A stretch of DNA of 61,281 bases from positions 1 through 61,281 of the IMG/VR virus record IMGVR_UViG_3300030098_004783; one strand, given 5' to 3'. The notes under the pieces are model-generated. The model searched no databases. It was not told the origin of the DNA and was given only the letters and a program-made list of their open reading frames with translations. Position numbers and translations under genes: made by a program. Positions 10,101 through 19,222 of the stretch are shown piece by piece (the first letter of the stretch is position 1; every line of letters starts with the position of its first letter). Source of the DNA: a virus (taxonomy: Duplodnaviria; Caudoviricetes).

Positions 10101-11731
10101 TTATTTAAGTTACCTGTCCAGAAACCTTCTTTACCTGCTTGAAATGGATTTAATAATGCTTCATTAAATGAATCATTTATTGGCTGTGTCGGTGTAACCA
10201 TTATTGGAGAATTTCCTATAAAATCTCTGTCCACATTTTTTCCGGCTTCATATCTATCACTTAAAGAACCAAAATCAATTGGCCATTTAGCTATAATTAC
10301 ACCCGCAGTACTTCCATATTCATTAGCGTCATTTGTAGCATTAGTTGTTCCAGATAATGTAGCTGCACCTAATGGAGAGCCAGTTCTTACCATAAATGCG
10401 TGAAAGTTTTCATTTGGCAATGGTTTAGTAGCACTGAACATAATAGCAAATCCCCTTAATATAGCACAATCTCTTACTCCAGTATAATCTAGAGCATTAT
10501 GAGTATCGTGAGCATCAGATTTAGCTCTAAAAACTGGACTTAAATTTTCTATTAAAAAGTCAGTACTAATTACTTGATTTGTGTAGCCAAGCATTCCATC
10601 TTGGAAAGTATGAAAATTGGGGGCACTGTCACTTCCCGGTGGTAAATCATCATCTCTAAGAGTTGAACTACCAGATGTATCTATAGGTAATGGCATTGGT
10701 ACTTCAAATATTGTAACGTTTTCTTGTCTATTTGTAGCTCCATAATATCCGAATTCGTCTGGTATAGTTTGACCAGTTTTTGTTGTTCCTGGTATTGCCT
10801 CAGTTGCCCACTTAGTTCTAGATTTTAAAGATTGACCACCAGTTAAAGATTTCTCACCGCTAACTGTTACAGTAGACCTGAATAAATCAACATTTGCTTC
10901 ATCTGTCATATTCTTACTACCTCTAGTATAAATATTTGTAGCAATAATATCACTAGCATCTATAGTTTCTTCTATGTCTGCAGTAACTTTAATAGTATTT
11001 GTATATTGCAAATCACCATCCTGTAAATATTGAAACCATATATCTCGTTTATCTACTCGACGACCATCTCTAGGTACCCAACTTCCAGAATCTGACCACG
11101 GATTAATTTGACCACGTCTTAATAATTTCTTTTTCTCAACAAAAATAACCCACTGACCGGGTGTTATTTCTTCTGCATAACGTTTTTTTAATTGCTGATG
11201 AGTCATTGGAAAGAAATCCGCACTTTGTGCACTATGCGCTGCATCAAGAGTTAAATATGGATTTCCATATTCTATAATTTTTTCTCCTGAGATAGTAGTT
11301 ACTCTAGAAAATGCACCTGAAAAATCTTCTGTGAGCCAAGGCTGTTCTATGTCATTAGTTGCTGAAATAATAGTGATGTCTCTTTTATTAACAGTAGTTA
11401 TAGTTCCTTCATTATCAGGACCTATATGTGTATTTGATTTCCATAAATTAAATGTAGGTAAAGATTCTTTTTTATCTAATGACACTTCGGTAGGAAAATA
11501 ATATTGTTTTAATCCAACTAATGTAGCTCCACCATCATATACACTTTTATCTGGAATAACAAAATCTGAAATATATAATTGTTCATCTACTCCTCCTTTA
11601 ATTTTTGAAGTTTCGCTATTTCCATCAAATAAATCTCCAAATGCTGTAGATAAATTTACATCGTAATAAGTGTTATTATTACCACTAATTTTTTTGTAAT
11701 ACCTATTCTTGCCTGCTCCCTTTACTGCCAT
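7106..11731 (-). CDS. Large tail protein with C-terminal LamG/concanavalin-like domain
   Basis: 1541 aa immediately after the tape measure gene; NIIVTFD...KLFLNGKL...YDGKMEEF. Confidence 0.65.
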   Translation of the reverse strand: MAVKGAGKNRYYKKISGNNNTYYDVNLSTAFGDLFDGNSETSKIKGGVDEQLYISDFVIPDKSVYDGGATLVGLKQYYFPTEVSLDKKESLPTFNLWKSNTHIGPDNEGTITTVNKRDITIISATNDIEQPWLTEDFSGAFSRVTTISGEKIIEYGNPYLTLDAAHSAQSADFFPMTHQQLKKRYAEEITPGQWVIFVEKKKLLRRGQINPWSDSGSWVPRDGRRVDKRDIWFQYLQDGDLQYTNTIKVTADIEETIDASDIIATNIYTRGSKNMTDEANVDLFRSTVTVSGEKSLTGGQSLKSRTKWATEAIPGTTKTGQTIPDEFGYYGATNRQENVTIFEVPMPLPIDTSGSSTLRDDDLPPGSDSAPNFHTFQDGMLGYTNQVISTDFLIENLSPVFRAKSDAHDTHNALDYTGVRDCAILRGFAIMFSATKPLPNENFHAFMVRTGSPLGAATLSGTTNATNDANEYGSTAGVIIAKWPIDFGSLSDRYEAGKNVDRDFIGNSPIMVTPTQPINDSFNEALLNPFQAGKEGFWTGNLNNKISSDGACFHETLGPTVWMNLNSHFDAQHNFGAQIEENVWINIAFKFYARTIMFQLRNSQTQEPLSEWMQLQCRESSSFMTDWRAPRYMSIWNFNYPGKANYSTDPDDYAFRSTNDFDTENVIYFDNVQYHGFNSLMTNATVTENNTGLSTINIESNKSYIYSADDMSEFGDEIAANPTFYNNNYISLGFDDPGEFDKLASGGTTNLWFSNIGYNSSTLDDIYHTSSDIAIRAGFTSNAWDERIGCQASHSFFTYESGSPTNAAAGWPYVNKGLSTYGAVANRGFDFKGTSQIELFSQKGGLIFDFNSSTVNLGNDLDGAQCIPAKRENIFASARVLDISDAKEGWLKVDNPTIFNLADDTEYVIYKFGRAGIDAVAFTETFYQDYTTYPTNKFGKIVKVIERNGDMIKFNNDLTKAQNGTTDLCTEEFYHRLFISPLKYWLVLEVRNTSATEGIPGISRTYGSITSINQGLSLPDSTSYGATFNETKFTDAGTYLKRRNLNPDPDNSSIETQTDYGNGIMSDDNPSGGYITQVVVEDNLDDLNKWLVFDTSPIINEDKLKEGDVLTTVLASANPLNSSSMTIATSENDDKIVSTGHINTKKPFALAIYEDRLPTVSDFNVSPSDSNPFYPEFRWKCADEDAWYGFLIIDTEPPTHQYHKSSLHVPMWRPLPSTENTFMNWPPSTDDSEGDVIDYFNNKTYQYGYTRLDKLSSPAAFNPSTTTTKGTHQGGSINDYTKFLDPEGLSGWCHNFRSGVNDRLYIFRPGSSGSNDASGSINSAQSSYVIHIRPDKYPDIDCGILETGGWKGGVDIAMNSDGKIIARFYYSKLVADAYVELTSHSVAPLNGIPTNIIVTFDKDLTHGNCKLFLNGKLEDQSGKVLAAGSTTRWKTGARIVGSYDEGGVGWVWHLGSSSGWNESYDGKMEEFVYYPHTIYPINPADGTFLWTKPVSDIDSNGKPISYYARLFVKDYHNIRGTSIDEVASSTTVTIHKAGVEL

Positions 11732-13695
11732 TAGAAACTACCTCTATAACTTGTCATTCTTAATGCTCTTGGTAATTCATCTGCCAACTTTTGAGCAAAA
11801 TCAGTACCATCGCGTGTATATACGTCTCCTACGTTTACTGTTATTCCACTACCCATTCCTACCATTCCTTGTGTTTTTGATATAATTTGTTCGCCGGGTT
11901 CTACGTATACTAACTGATGTCTATTTGACACCATACCCGTGTCAGCTACTGATGTATTCATTTCTGCCATTTGATTATCTCTGCTTTGTCTAAATGCCAT
12001 AGCTACTCCTGCAGATATTGCCAGACTTCCTGCAAATACTGCTGCCATTGCAGCCGGATGCGGAACTTTCCCTGCAGCTAATAATGCATTATTTATCATT
12101 AACGTAGTATTAAAAGCCATAAATGCAGCATTTAATCCCATAACAAATTGCATTAAAGGACTATCTGCGGCTCCCCACGCAATACCGGCCATAACCATAC
12201 CCATTAAAGATGTAGTTACCATCTGTATTGTTTGAGAAAGTAATTGATATTGAAGTCGTGCTCTTTCATTCATAGCTGTCCAAAATTCAACTGGTGTTGT
12301 AATAATTCTGTTATTAAGTTTTGACATCTGTACTTGCGTTAATTGTATCGATGCCGCTAATTGATTCTGACCTAATATCGCACCTTTAGTAAACATTCCC
12401 ATTAATTTAAATCCGAATGCTAGCTTTAATAATATTCCTGCAGGTCCTCCTGCTATACGAGTTAAGAAATTAAAAAATTGAAATATATCTAATATTGCAT
12501 CTCCTAAAAATCCCATCGCATTTATAAAAGAATCCGAACTTATGATAGTAGAAAAAGAAGTAAGACTCAAAACTATAGCATCAATTATACCTGGTTTTAA
12601 TTGTTGAAACATTTCTACTAATCTATCTACCATAACTGCTACTTGTTGCATAACCTCTGGTGAACGTAGGGGTGCTAAGAACTCTTGGCGAAGCTTTGCG
12701 AATATTGCGGTAAACGATTGCATTTGAACGTTCACAACGTCCATTAATGCACCTTGTGAGTTAGTAACATTTGATAACATAGTCTGATATTCATCAGCTG
12801 CACCTATTAATAAACCAAACGAACGTAACGCACGTACAGTAAACACGTCTGAGGCAGACTGAAGCATCTCTAACGTTAACTGTTCACCAGCAAACGCTGC
12901 CATAAGTGCATCAATATCTAACTTTCCATCGCGTATGATTTGGAAAGTCATACCCATACTGTTCATAAATTCTTGAAGTTCGTCAGTGTTCGTTATCATA
13001 TCCAAGAACATCTTGTTTACAGAACGTGCACTGATACCTGCTTCTAAAGCACGGTTAGATAGAACTGCCATTATAGATACTAATTGCTCAAAACTAACAC
13101 CCGACATAACTGCAGTCGAACCTGCAAATGCAAAAGCTTTTTGTAAATCACCTATATCTAAAATAGATTCTTGTGTAGCTACTTGCATAGCATCCATTAA
13201 ATCTCCGGCTTCAGTAAATTCTTTGCCAAAGGTATTTACAGCAAACACTGTCATACGAGCAGCTTCTTCGAATGCAATTCCATTAGCTTTAGATAAAGCA
13301 GTCATTGCACCAATAGAATCATTAACTTGGTCTACAGTTAACCCAGCCTTAGATAACATAACCGCACCTTGAGCAATTTCATCTCCAGATACACCAAATT
13401 GAGATGCTACTTCATTAATAGAATCAGCAAGCTCATACATTTGACTTTCCGTTACACCACCCAATGCACGAACAGTAGTTAATGCTTCTTGGAATTGATT
13501 GACTGCATTGTAGGCAACAAATGCACCCGCACCCATTGCGACAAATGAAGCAGATACTGCCATAAGAGCTGTGTCAGCTAATCTAGAACTACTTTGAATA
13601 ATTCCAGATGTAGCTGTCATTCTAGCATCTATTTGAGCTAAAGCAGCTTGCGCCTGAGCTGTATTAATATTATAATTAATATTTATTCCTGCCAT
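11731..13695 (-). CDS. Tail tape measure protein (TP901 family)
   Basis: Ala-rich helical protein; EIAQGAVMLSKAGL, GVSFEQLVSIMAVLSNRALEAG; hydrophobic C-terminal segments. Confidence 0.9.
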   Translation of the reverse strand: MAGININYNINTAQAQAALAQIDARMTATSGIIQSSSRLADTALMAVSASFVAMGAGAFVAYNAVNQFQEALTTVRALGGVTESQMYELADSINEVASQFGVSGDEIAQGAVMLSKAGLTVDQVNDSIGAMTALSKANGIAFEEAARMTVFAVNTFGKEFTEAGDLMDAMQVATQESILDIGDLQKAFAFAGSTAVMSGVSFEQLVSIMAVLSNRALEAGISARSVNKMFLDMITNTDELQEFMNSMGMTFQIIRDGKLDIDALMAAFAGEQLTLEMLQSASDVFTVRALRSFGLLIGAADEYQTMLSNVTNSQGALMDVVNVQMQSFTAIFAKLRQEFLAPLRSPEVMQQVAVMVDRLVEMFQQLKPGIIDAIVLSLTSFSTIISSDSFINAMGFLGDAILDIFQFFNFLTRIAGGPAGILLKLAFGFKLMGMFTKGAILGQNQLAASIQLTQVQMSKLNNRIITTPVEFWTAMNERARLQYQLLSQTIQMVTTSLMGMVMAGIAWGAADSPLMQFVMGLNAAFMAFNTTLMINNALLAAGKVPHPAAMAAVFAGSLAISAGVAMAFRQSRDNQMAEMNTSVADTGMVSNRHQLVYVEPGEQIISKTQGMVGMGSGITVNVGDVYTRDGTDFAQKLADELPRALRMTSYRGSF

Positions 13696-15284
13696 TATCT
13701 ACTTCCTCCTACTTGAGTTCTGTGATACCCTGCTTTTGTATATAATCCTTTACGGAACTTACGTCTTCTTGCTTTTCTAGTAAATGGTACAGGACTTCCA
13801 CTTCTTGCACCTGCTAATCCCAATGACATTGCTTTTACATAAGCTATAGCTGCTCCCATATTCTTTTTACCAAAAAGTAAACCTCTAATATCAGATGCTA
13901 ACCCAATGTAGTGCCAAAACTTACTTGGAGGAACAAACCACCAAATTAAATGGTTACCGAATAATCTCCTCAATATTCCTTTCATTTCTTTATTTTTTAA
14001 CATTAGATTATCTTTATCTAAATCAAATAAAGAAAGTCTAGGCTCCCTTTTTAATCCGGCTTTGCCTCGTACTCTAGCTGCTTTTATTGCTTCAGCTTGC
14101 GCAACTGAACCTCTTAGGTATGCAGCATTAATATCTTCAAATGCCATAAATGCTTCTAATTCAGTTTCCCTATATGCTTTATCAAAATTCCTTTCGGCAT
14201 CTTCTAAATAACGATGTAAAACTAACTCTACCATTCCCATACCATTAGCAAGACCTTCTGAAATAAAGGACCTCTTTGGCATTTTAGATGTGCCCGTATC
14301 GTGATAGAATACATATGGAGTTATATAAAATGGCTCAATTACTCCTCCTATTTTCATCTGAGAATTTCTTATAGTATCTTTTGCTGCTGCAGCTTTTAAT
14401 GCAGATTGGTAATTCATTCCAGCATATGGATATGTTACTTGAGCTACCGGTGCTAATCTAGCAACAACATCCATTAAAGACGCTCCTCTCATATGAGGAG
14501 GATATGCTGTATATCCTTTTTGTGTTTTATAAGGGTCTCCAAAAAACCCAGATATACTACGTTTCTTTTGCATTTCTCGTTGCGCTTTAGTAACTCCAGG
14601 TGCAACGTGCCCAGATGCCATATAAGTACTTACTTGTTTATGTAAAACTGCATTAGCTCCGTGTGGCCAACCTGCCCATCTATATGTATAAAACTGCCAT
14701 CCATCTGGCAATTCAGCTGTGTACGTGACACCATATAAAGGTATGCCTGGATATGGAACTCTTCCACCAAATTTAGCGTATCTTCTAGTTTTTTGTTTTA
14801 TAGTTTCTGGATTTAATGCTTTCCATTTCATACGACCAGCGCGGAAATATTCTTCTTTAATCGAATCTCCAATTATACCTCCTGCGTGCTGATTGACATA
14901 TGGTACTACCATTTCTAAGTATTTTCTTAATCCAAATGTCTTATTTTTAGCCGCGTTAGCTTCTAATGCACTTAATGAAAGTCTATGAGGCATACTTTTT
15001 AAATCATTAAATACTTTATCTGGATTATTCTGAACGAAATGATTAAACGCCTTACCTTGTCTACTTAATTCATTTCTAAGTAAAGTAGTAACAGCTTGTC
15101 TACCTTGTTTTGCTGATATTTCTCTTAACCAAGTACCACTTTTAGCTTCAAAGACTTCTCTTCCTGGTTGTAATCCTAATTGTTTTGCAAATGTACCTGA
15201 TGCTGCAAACTTTCCATTTGCCAGTCTTTCGACTGGTCCTACGTCGTGTAGTGCAAATATATCGTGTGCATCTTTCAAGTCCAT
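13695..15284 (-). CDS. Basic virion morphogenesis protein with Mu gpG/HK97 gp10-like tail-completion motifs
   Basis: KWKALNPETIKQK and YVFYHDTGTSKMPKRSFI motifs embedded in a 529-aa Arg/Lys-rich protein. Confidence 0.55.
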   Translation of the reverse strand: MDLKDAHDIFALHDVGPVERLANGKFAASGTFAKQLGLQPGREVFEAKSGTWLREISAKQGRQAVTTLLRNELSRQGKAFNHFVQNNPDKVFNDLKSMPHRLSLSALEANAAKNKTFGLRKYLEMVVPYVNQHAGGIIGDSIKEEYFRAGRMKWKALNPETIKQKTRRYAKFGGRVPYPGIPLYGVTYTAELPDGWQFYTYRWAGWPHGANAVLHKQVSTYMASGHVAPGVTKAQREMQKKRSISGFFGDPYKTQKGYTAYPPHMRGASLMDVVARLAPVAQVTYPYAGMNYQSALKAAAAKDTIRNSQMKIGGVIEPFYITPYVFYHDTGTSKMPKRSFISEGLANGMGMVELVLHRYLEDAERNFDKAYRETELEAFMAFEDINAAYLRGSVAQAEAIKAARVRGKAGLKREPRLSLFDLDKDNLMLKNKEMKGILRRLFGNHLIWWFVPPSKFWHYIGLASDIRGLLFGKKNMGAAIAYVKAMSLGLAGARSGSPVPFTRKARRRKFRKGLYTKAGYHRTQVGGSR

Positions 15285-15577
15285 TATCTTGTTTGAGCCT
15301 TTGCTTCCTCCATCGCCCTTTCTTTTTCTTCCGCTATATAAGCGTCGAACTGGTTCATAGAGATTAATACTTCGGGCGGCAATGTCATAACCGAAGGTAC
15401 ATCTCTCATTTTTATCGTATAATGTTCGATATTTGTTGCTGCGTGTGTTCCGTTCGCCTTATCCCAAGTCCACTCCGTAACTACGGGTAGTTCAAACCAG
15501 GGTTCGCTAACGACCGGCAACGACCATTCTTTCGCGAGATTTAATAAGGCTAGTTCTTGGTCGTCGTGTCTAAATTT
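15284..15577 (-). CDS. Tail assembly chaperone T-frame, reached by -1 frameshift (gpGT-like product of about 209 aa)
   Basis: The -1 frame is open from the slippery site (KFRHDDQELALLNLAKEWSLPVVSEPW...) to the stop at 15284; there is no good independent start (TTG only). Confidence 0.75.
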   Translation of the reverse strand, partial: KFRHDDQELALLNLAKEWSLPVVSEPWFELPVVTEWTWDKANGTHAATNIEHYTIKMRDVPSVMTLPPEVLISMNQFDAYIAEEKERAMEEAKAQTR

Positions 15578-15912
15578 TCAGAGATTGATTTCCAGATTTC
15601 GTTTCTGTCTATTCCTAACATTTCAAAATAAAACGGTAAAATAGCAGCTCTATCTGGAGCTTCCATTATTTTTAAATCTTCTTGAAGCGCTTTCTCAGAT
15701 TCTTCTCCGAATTCTAAGCATAGCGTTTTAAGAACTTTGGCGCAGATACGAACATCTGCGTCAGCGGCTCCTTCTAAGGTAGCCGAAAAATCTTGAAGTT
15801 GTTTAATCTCTCCAATACTTGGACGTTTGAATTTAAGCTTATCCCCTGATAGGGGTAGTTGTAATTCAACCGTTGTATCTGGTTTCGTGTATTTGTCTAA
15901 TAGTTTTCCCAT
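15550..15912 (-). CDS. Tail assembly chaperone (gpG-like)
   Basis: Follows the tail tube genes; GGAGG RBS; slippery heptamer near its 3' end. Confidence 0.75.
   Translation of the reverse strand: MGKLLDKYTKPDTTVELQLPLSGDKLKFKRPSIGEIKQLQDFSATLEGAADADVRICAKVLKTLCLEFGEESEKALQEDLKIMEAPDRAAILPFYFEMLGIDRNEIWKSISENLDTTTKN
15571..15577 (-). other. Programmed -1 ribosomal frameshift site A-AAT-TTA
   Basis: X XXY YYZ heptamer in the correct phase (GAA AAT TTA); a TGA in the -1 frame lies immediately upstream. Confidence 0.78.
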
Positions 15913-15938
15913 TCCTTTTTCCTCCTATTAATATTTTA

Positions 15939-15954
15939 CTTAGCTTACGCTAAG
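15939..15954 (-). other. RNA hairpin CTTAGC-GTAA-GCTAAG after the tail tube gene
   Basis: Perfect 6-bp stem with a GNRA loop on the transcribed strand; intergenic. Confidence 0.5.
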
Positions 15955-15986
15955 AGATTGGCGAGTGTCAGTGTATTAGATTAAGT

Positions 15987-16649
15987 CTAAGTTGACCATC
16001 CAGTTGTAGTGGTTTCATCGTGAACTGCTCCACCTGTGTCGATTGCACTGCTAGCTGTATCGAATGATATGTAACGTGCATCTTCCCAAGATAATGTACC
16101 ACGTGAAGCTTGTCTGTTAGCAAAGCTTACGGTACAATTAATTTTACAGTTGTCGAAACACCAAAATAAATATTTACTTGCTGAAATTTTTTGTTGAACT
16201 ATGATTGCATAACCGCGCTCATCAGCAGCTCGTGTTGTTGCAGTGTCTAGTCCAGCGTCAAAGACTGCTTCAGTTCCAGAATTAGTATTATATCCATTTG
16301 GCATTTCCATAGCGAGAGCCCAAAGTTCATCGTGTGAAAGTAAATTATTACTAACGTTGTTACCATCGCTAGCTACAAAATCACAACTTCCTGAACCTGT
16401 TTCTTTAATTTCGATATCGTGGTCAAATACATCTGCTAAAGTCTGATATGTATCATACTCTTTTCCGTAACTTCCTATTGAAACTCCAGTTACGTTTTCT
16501 ACTTCCATCAATACTTTTGTAGTTGCGTTATCTCCTAATGCGTCTAACGCTGACTTTAGTAAAGTATTGCCGGTGTAAGACCAGTTGACTTCTACGTCGT
16601 TCTCTCTTGCAATAAATACCCTTACAGCATCCTTAATAAATGTTGCCAT
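15987..16649 (-). CDS. Major tail (tube) protein, short paralog
   Basis: Lies directly upstream of the G/GT chaperone; shares GVSIGS...DTYQTL...FDHDIEI and SFANRQA blocks with the next gene. Confidence 0.7.
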   Translation of the reverse strand: MATFIKDAVRVFIARENDVEVNWSYTGNTLLKSALDALGDNATTKVLMEVENVTGVSIGSYGKEYDTYQTLADVFDHDIEIKETGSGSCDFVASDGNNVSNNLLSHDELWALAMEMPNGYNTNSGTEAVFDAGLDTATTRAADERGYAIIVQQKISASKYLFWCFDNCKINCTVSFANRQASRGTLSWEDARYISFDTASSAIDTGGAVHDETTTTGWST

Positions 16650-16660
16650 ATTTGTTTACC

Positions 16661-17929
16661 TCATATTGCGTCAATGGACCAATCGTTGCATTTCCAGCTA
16701 ACGCTTGCCCTTGTCGCTTGTCTGTTTGCGAAACTTGGAATGACTGAATCTAATTTCACTTTATTGAAGGTATACTTCACTCCACTTGTTTCCGCCATAT
16801 CTGTGTAGTCATAGACTACAACTTTTAAACCTTCTGTTGTTTTGAATTTTATATAGTGTATTGCTTCTGAATTTGCAACCTTTGCTGCCCCTCCTAAAGC
16901 GGTCGTGCTTGTAGCTCTAGACCAATATGCACCATCGTCACTTGTTGTTGCTGCGCCAGTGTCAATTCTTAATTGCGCATCTCCTCCACCAGTTACTCCA
17001 CTTCTGTGAACTCTAATCCAATAGTAGTCTCCTATTGTCATACCAGTCCACGTAGCTGGTGCTGATTCTACTTTCCATTTAGTTGCTGCGTTATATGTGT
17101 TGTGGTCAACTGTTATTGAAAGATTACCTGCACCACTTAATACAGTATCTGAAGGAACACCTTCTATCTTATATGATACTCCACTTCCTATTGCAACTGG
17201 AAGTGCTGCAAATGTAACACGTGTTGCACTAGCAGTTGAATCCGTTATAGTTCTTACTGCTCCTTTATTGGGACCACTTAAGATTGTTAATGTGCCACCA
17301 ACCCAAGAATCATCTGCTTGTGTTAATACACCAGCATCAACTAATGTAGTTGTACTTCCTCCCGAAGATGCAGCTGCCGTAGATACTCCTACATTTAACT
17401 CGTTATAAATAGTAGCAAGTATTGTATTACTTTGACCTGCGCTACCACCAGTGTATTTCCACGCGAATGCGGCACTATCAATAGTTTCAGCCATTGCTCT
17501 AAATCTAATCCAAACGCAGTCATTGGTAGCATCGAAATCAGTAAATGCATCACCTTCTCCAACTCTTCTATACTTAGTCATAAATCTAGTTCCAGTATAG
17601 TCTCCTTGGTTATCTGGGTTAGTAAAATCCTCATCCGTTGCTACTATTGAATCTGTAGTAGCATCAGTAGTCATATCTAAGTTCATAAAACCAAATGGCA
17701 ATTGCATCATTTCTTTAAACTTCTGTGCACCACTGTCAGCATCATCGGCTACAAAGTCAAAGCTTCCACTAGCTTCTTCTGTAATCTCAATATCGTGGTC
17801 AAAGGCATCGTGTAATGTTTGATATGTATCGAACACCTTTCCCATACTACCTATACTGACTCCAGTTAAATGAGACACGTCGTGTCCATTGAATTCTGTT
17901 CTAACTCTTTTTCCTAAGAAATTTGCCAT
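16661..17929 (-). CDS. Tail tube protein paralog with large inserted surface domains
   Basis: Same N- and C-terminal tube blocks as 15987..16649, plus an insert of about 250 aa containing TTTLVDA...WVGGTLTILSG...RTITD. Confidence 0.65.
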   Translation of the reverse strand: MANFLGKRVRTEFNGHDVSHLTGVSIGSMGKVFDTYQTLHDAFDHDIEITEEASGSFDFVADDADSGAQKFKEMMQLPFGFMNLDMTTDATTDSIVATDEDFTNPDNQGDYTGTRFMTKYRRVGEGDAFTDFDATNDCVWIRFRAMAETIDSAAFAWKYTGGSAGQSNTILATIYNELNVGVSTAAASSGGSTTTLVDAGVLTQADDSWVGGTLTILSGPNKGAVRTITDSTASATRVTFAALPVAIGSGVSYKIEGVPSDTVLSGAGNLSITVDHNTYNAATKWKVESAPATWTGMTIGDYYWIRVHRSGVTGGGDAQLRIDTGAATTSDDGAYWSRATSTTALGGAAKVANSEAIHYIKFKTTEGLKVVVYDYTDMAETSGVKYTFNKVKLDSVIPSFANRQATRASVSWKCNDWSIDAI

Positions 17930-17935
17930 ATTTAT

Positions 17936-18409
17936 CTATCCTGTTGCATCTATGTACGTAACTGACATACCTAAAGCTCCCCTATATAGAAACTCATCTT
18001 CGCCTATAGGAACTTGTGCGGCCGTTTCTCCGACTGTTGTATTAAATTCCATAACATCAACATTTGAGAACGTCATATCATTCAAAGTTTTCTGAAGCTT
18101 ATCAAGGGCATAATTGACTAAACGTTTTCTAGTAAGGGCTGTTCCTCCGACCGTTATTGAATTAAATTCGTTAACGTTCACCTGGAATACAAAGTCCGAA
18201 CTAAACATTCTAGTACCGTCCATAAAATAATCTACGGGCGTACTTTCGTTGCCATATATAATATTTGGAACGTCATATTCAAAATCTGCGTCTTCATCTT
18301 CATCATTTTCTGCGCTAAAGATAGTGAAGTTAGGTTGAATAAAACTACTCTCTGCATTAAGAGCCGTCTTAATATCGTCCTCAACTGTCTCTATCATCGA
18401 GATTGTCAT
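17936..18409 (-). CDS. Probable tail terminator / tail completion protein
   Basis: Acidic 157 aa immediately upstream of the tube genes; synteny only. Confidence 0.5.
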   Translation of the reverse strand: MTISMIETVEDDIKTALNAESSFIQPNFTIFSAENDEDEDADFEYDVPNIIYGNESTPVDYFMDGTRMFSSDFVFQVNVNEFNSITVGGTALTRKRLVNYALDKLQKTLNDMTFSNVDVMEFNTTVGETAAQVPIGEDEFLYRGALGMSVTYIDATG

Positions 18410-18852
18410 TATGTTCCGCCTACGGTCGTTGTTGAAGAGCCGTCACTGTCTCTTCCTATTGTGTGCATATACGGTTTACTACGTACGTCTGTTCCCCTAG
18501 GTATATATAAGTCACGTTCTTTAATGAACTCTACCTTAGTTGGGTCTTGCATATGCATCACCTCATATCCTCCCTGCATAAATCTGTGCCATTCTAACAT
18601 ACCCGTATCTTTCCACATTTTGTTTCTGTGTACTTTTTGGTATGCAAGAGCGGTTGCAAGGTGAGAAATTGCCTCATCCGAGAGGTATGTTCCTGTAGTG
18701 TGTGAAGTAATAGTTAGCGATGTATCCATTATCTCATTGTACATAGCCAAAGCTAAAGCTTCCATCTTGTCAGTAAAATCAGAATCACTGATAGTTCCTG
18801 ACGCAATGCTTGATAAATCTCTGAACCGTACTAATATTGTGTCTGCTGCCAT
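18409..18852 (-). CDS. Probable head-tail adaptor
   Basis: Helical 147 aa (AISHLATALAY) in the neck position; synteny. Confidence 0.5.
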   Translation of the reverse strand: MAADTILVRFRDLSSIASGTISDSDFTDKMEALALAMYNEIMDTSLTITSHTTGTYLSDEAISHLATALAYQKVHRNKMWKDTGMLEWHRFMQGGYEVMHMQDPTKVEFIKERDLYIPRGTDVRSKPYMHTIGRDSDGSSTTTVGGT

Positions 18853-19046
18853 TATTTCTTACTCTCTATAAATTTCATACCTTCACTAGCGTGCCATATA
18901 GTCCTATCGCCATTGTCGTGTATTATTACATATAAAGACGAAGTTCTATCTATATAAACCTTTCCATACTCTATATCTTCAGAGTACTTAGGTTTCTTTA
19001 CCATTCCACTTCCTAATTCTATAAATTCTTCCAAATCCAATTTCAT
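18852..19046 (-). CDS. Hypothetical protein (64 aa; start revised to MKLDLEEF)
   Basis: AAGGAGG RBS and ATGA overlap with the upstream small ORF. Confidence 0.6.
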   Translation of the reverse strand: MKLDLEEFIELGSGMVKKPKYSEDIEYGKVYIDRTSSLYVIIHDNGDRTIWHASEGMKFIESKK

Positions 19047-19222
19047 TTTAATGCCTCCTTTAGCATTTCTTTCCATTTACTTTCTGTTACTTCTGTATCC
19101 CACCATTTAGCATTAAAGGAATCATCCTCTTCCATCTGTAATCTAATGCCAACCTTTACTCTTCGGTGAGTACCTCCTGGTACATTTTGTAACTTCAATA
19201 TTCTTTGCTTTATTGTCGTCAT
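19043..19222 (-). CDS. Hypothetical 59-aa protein (not in ORF track)
   Basis: MTTIKQRILKLQNVPGGTHRRVKVGIRLQ...EALK; ATGA overlaps at both ends. Confidence 0.65.
   Translation of the reverse strand: MTTIKQRILKLQNVPGGTHRRVKVGIRLQMEEDDSFNAKWWDTEVTESKWKEMLKEALK

Noticed and set aside
16661-17929. Contractile tail sheath
   Set aside because: The protein is a paralog of the adjacent tube protein, and no sheath or baseplate-wedge motifs were recognised
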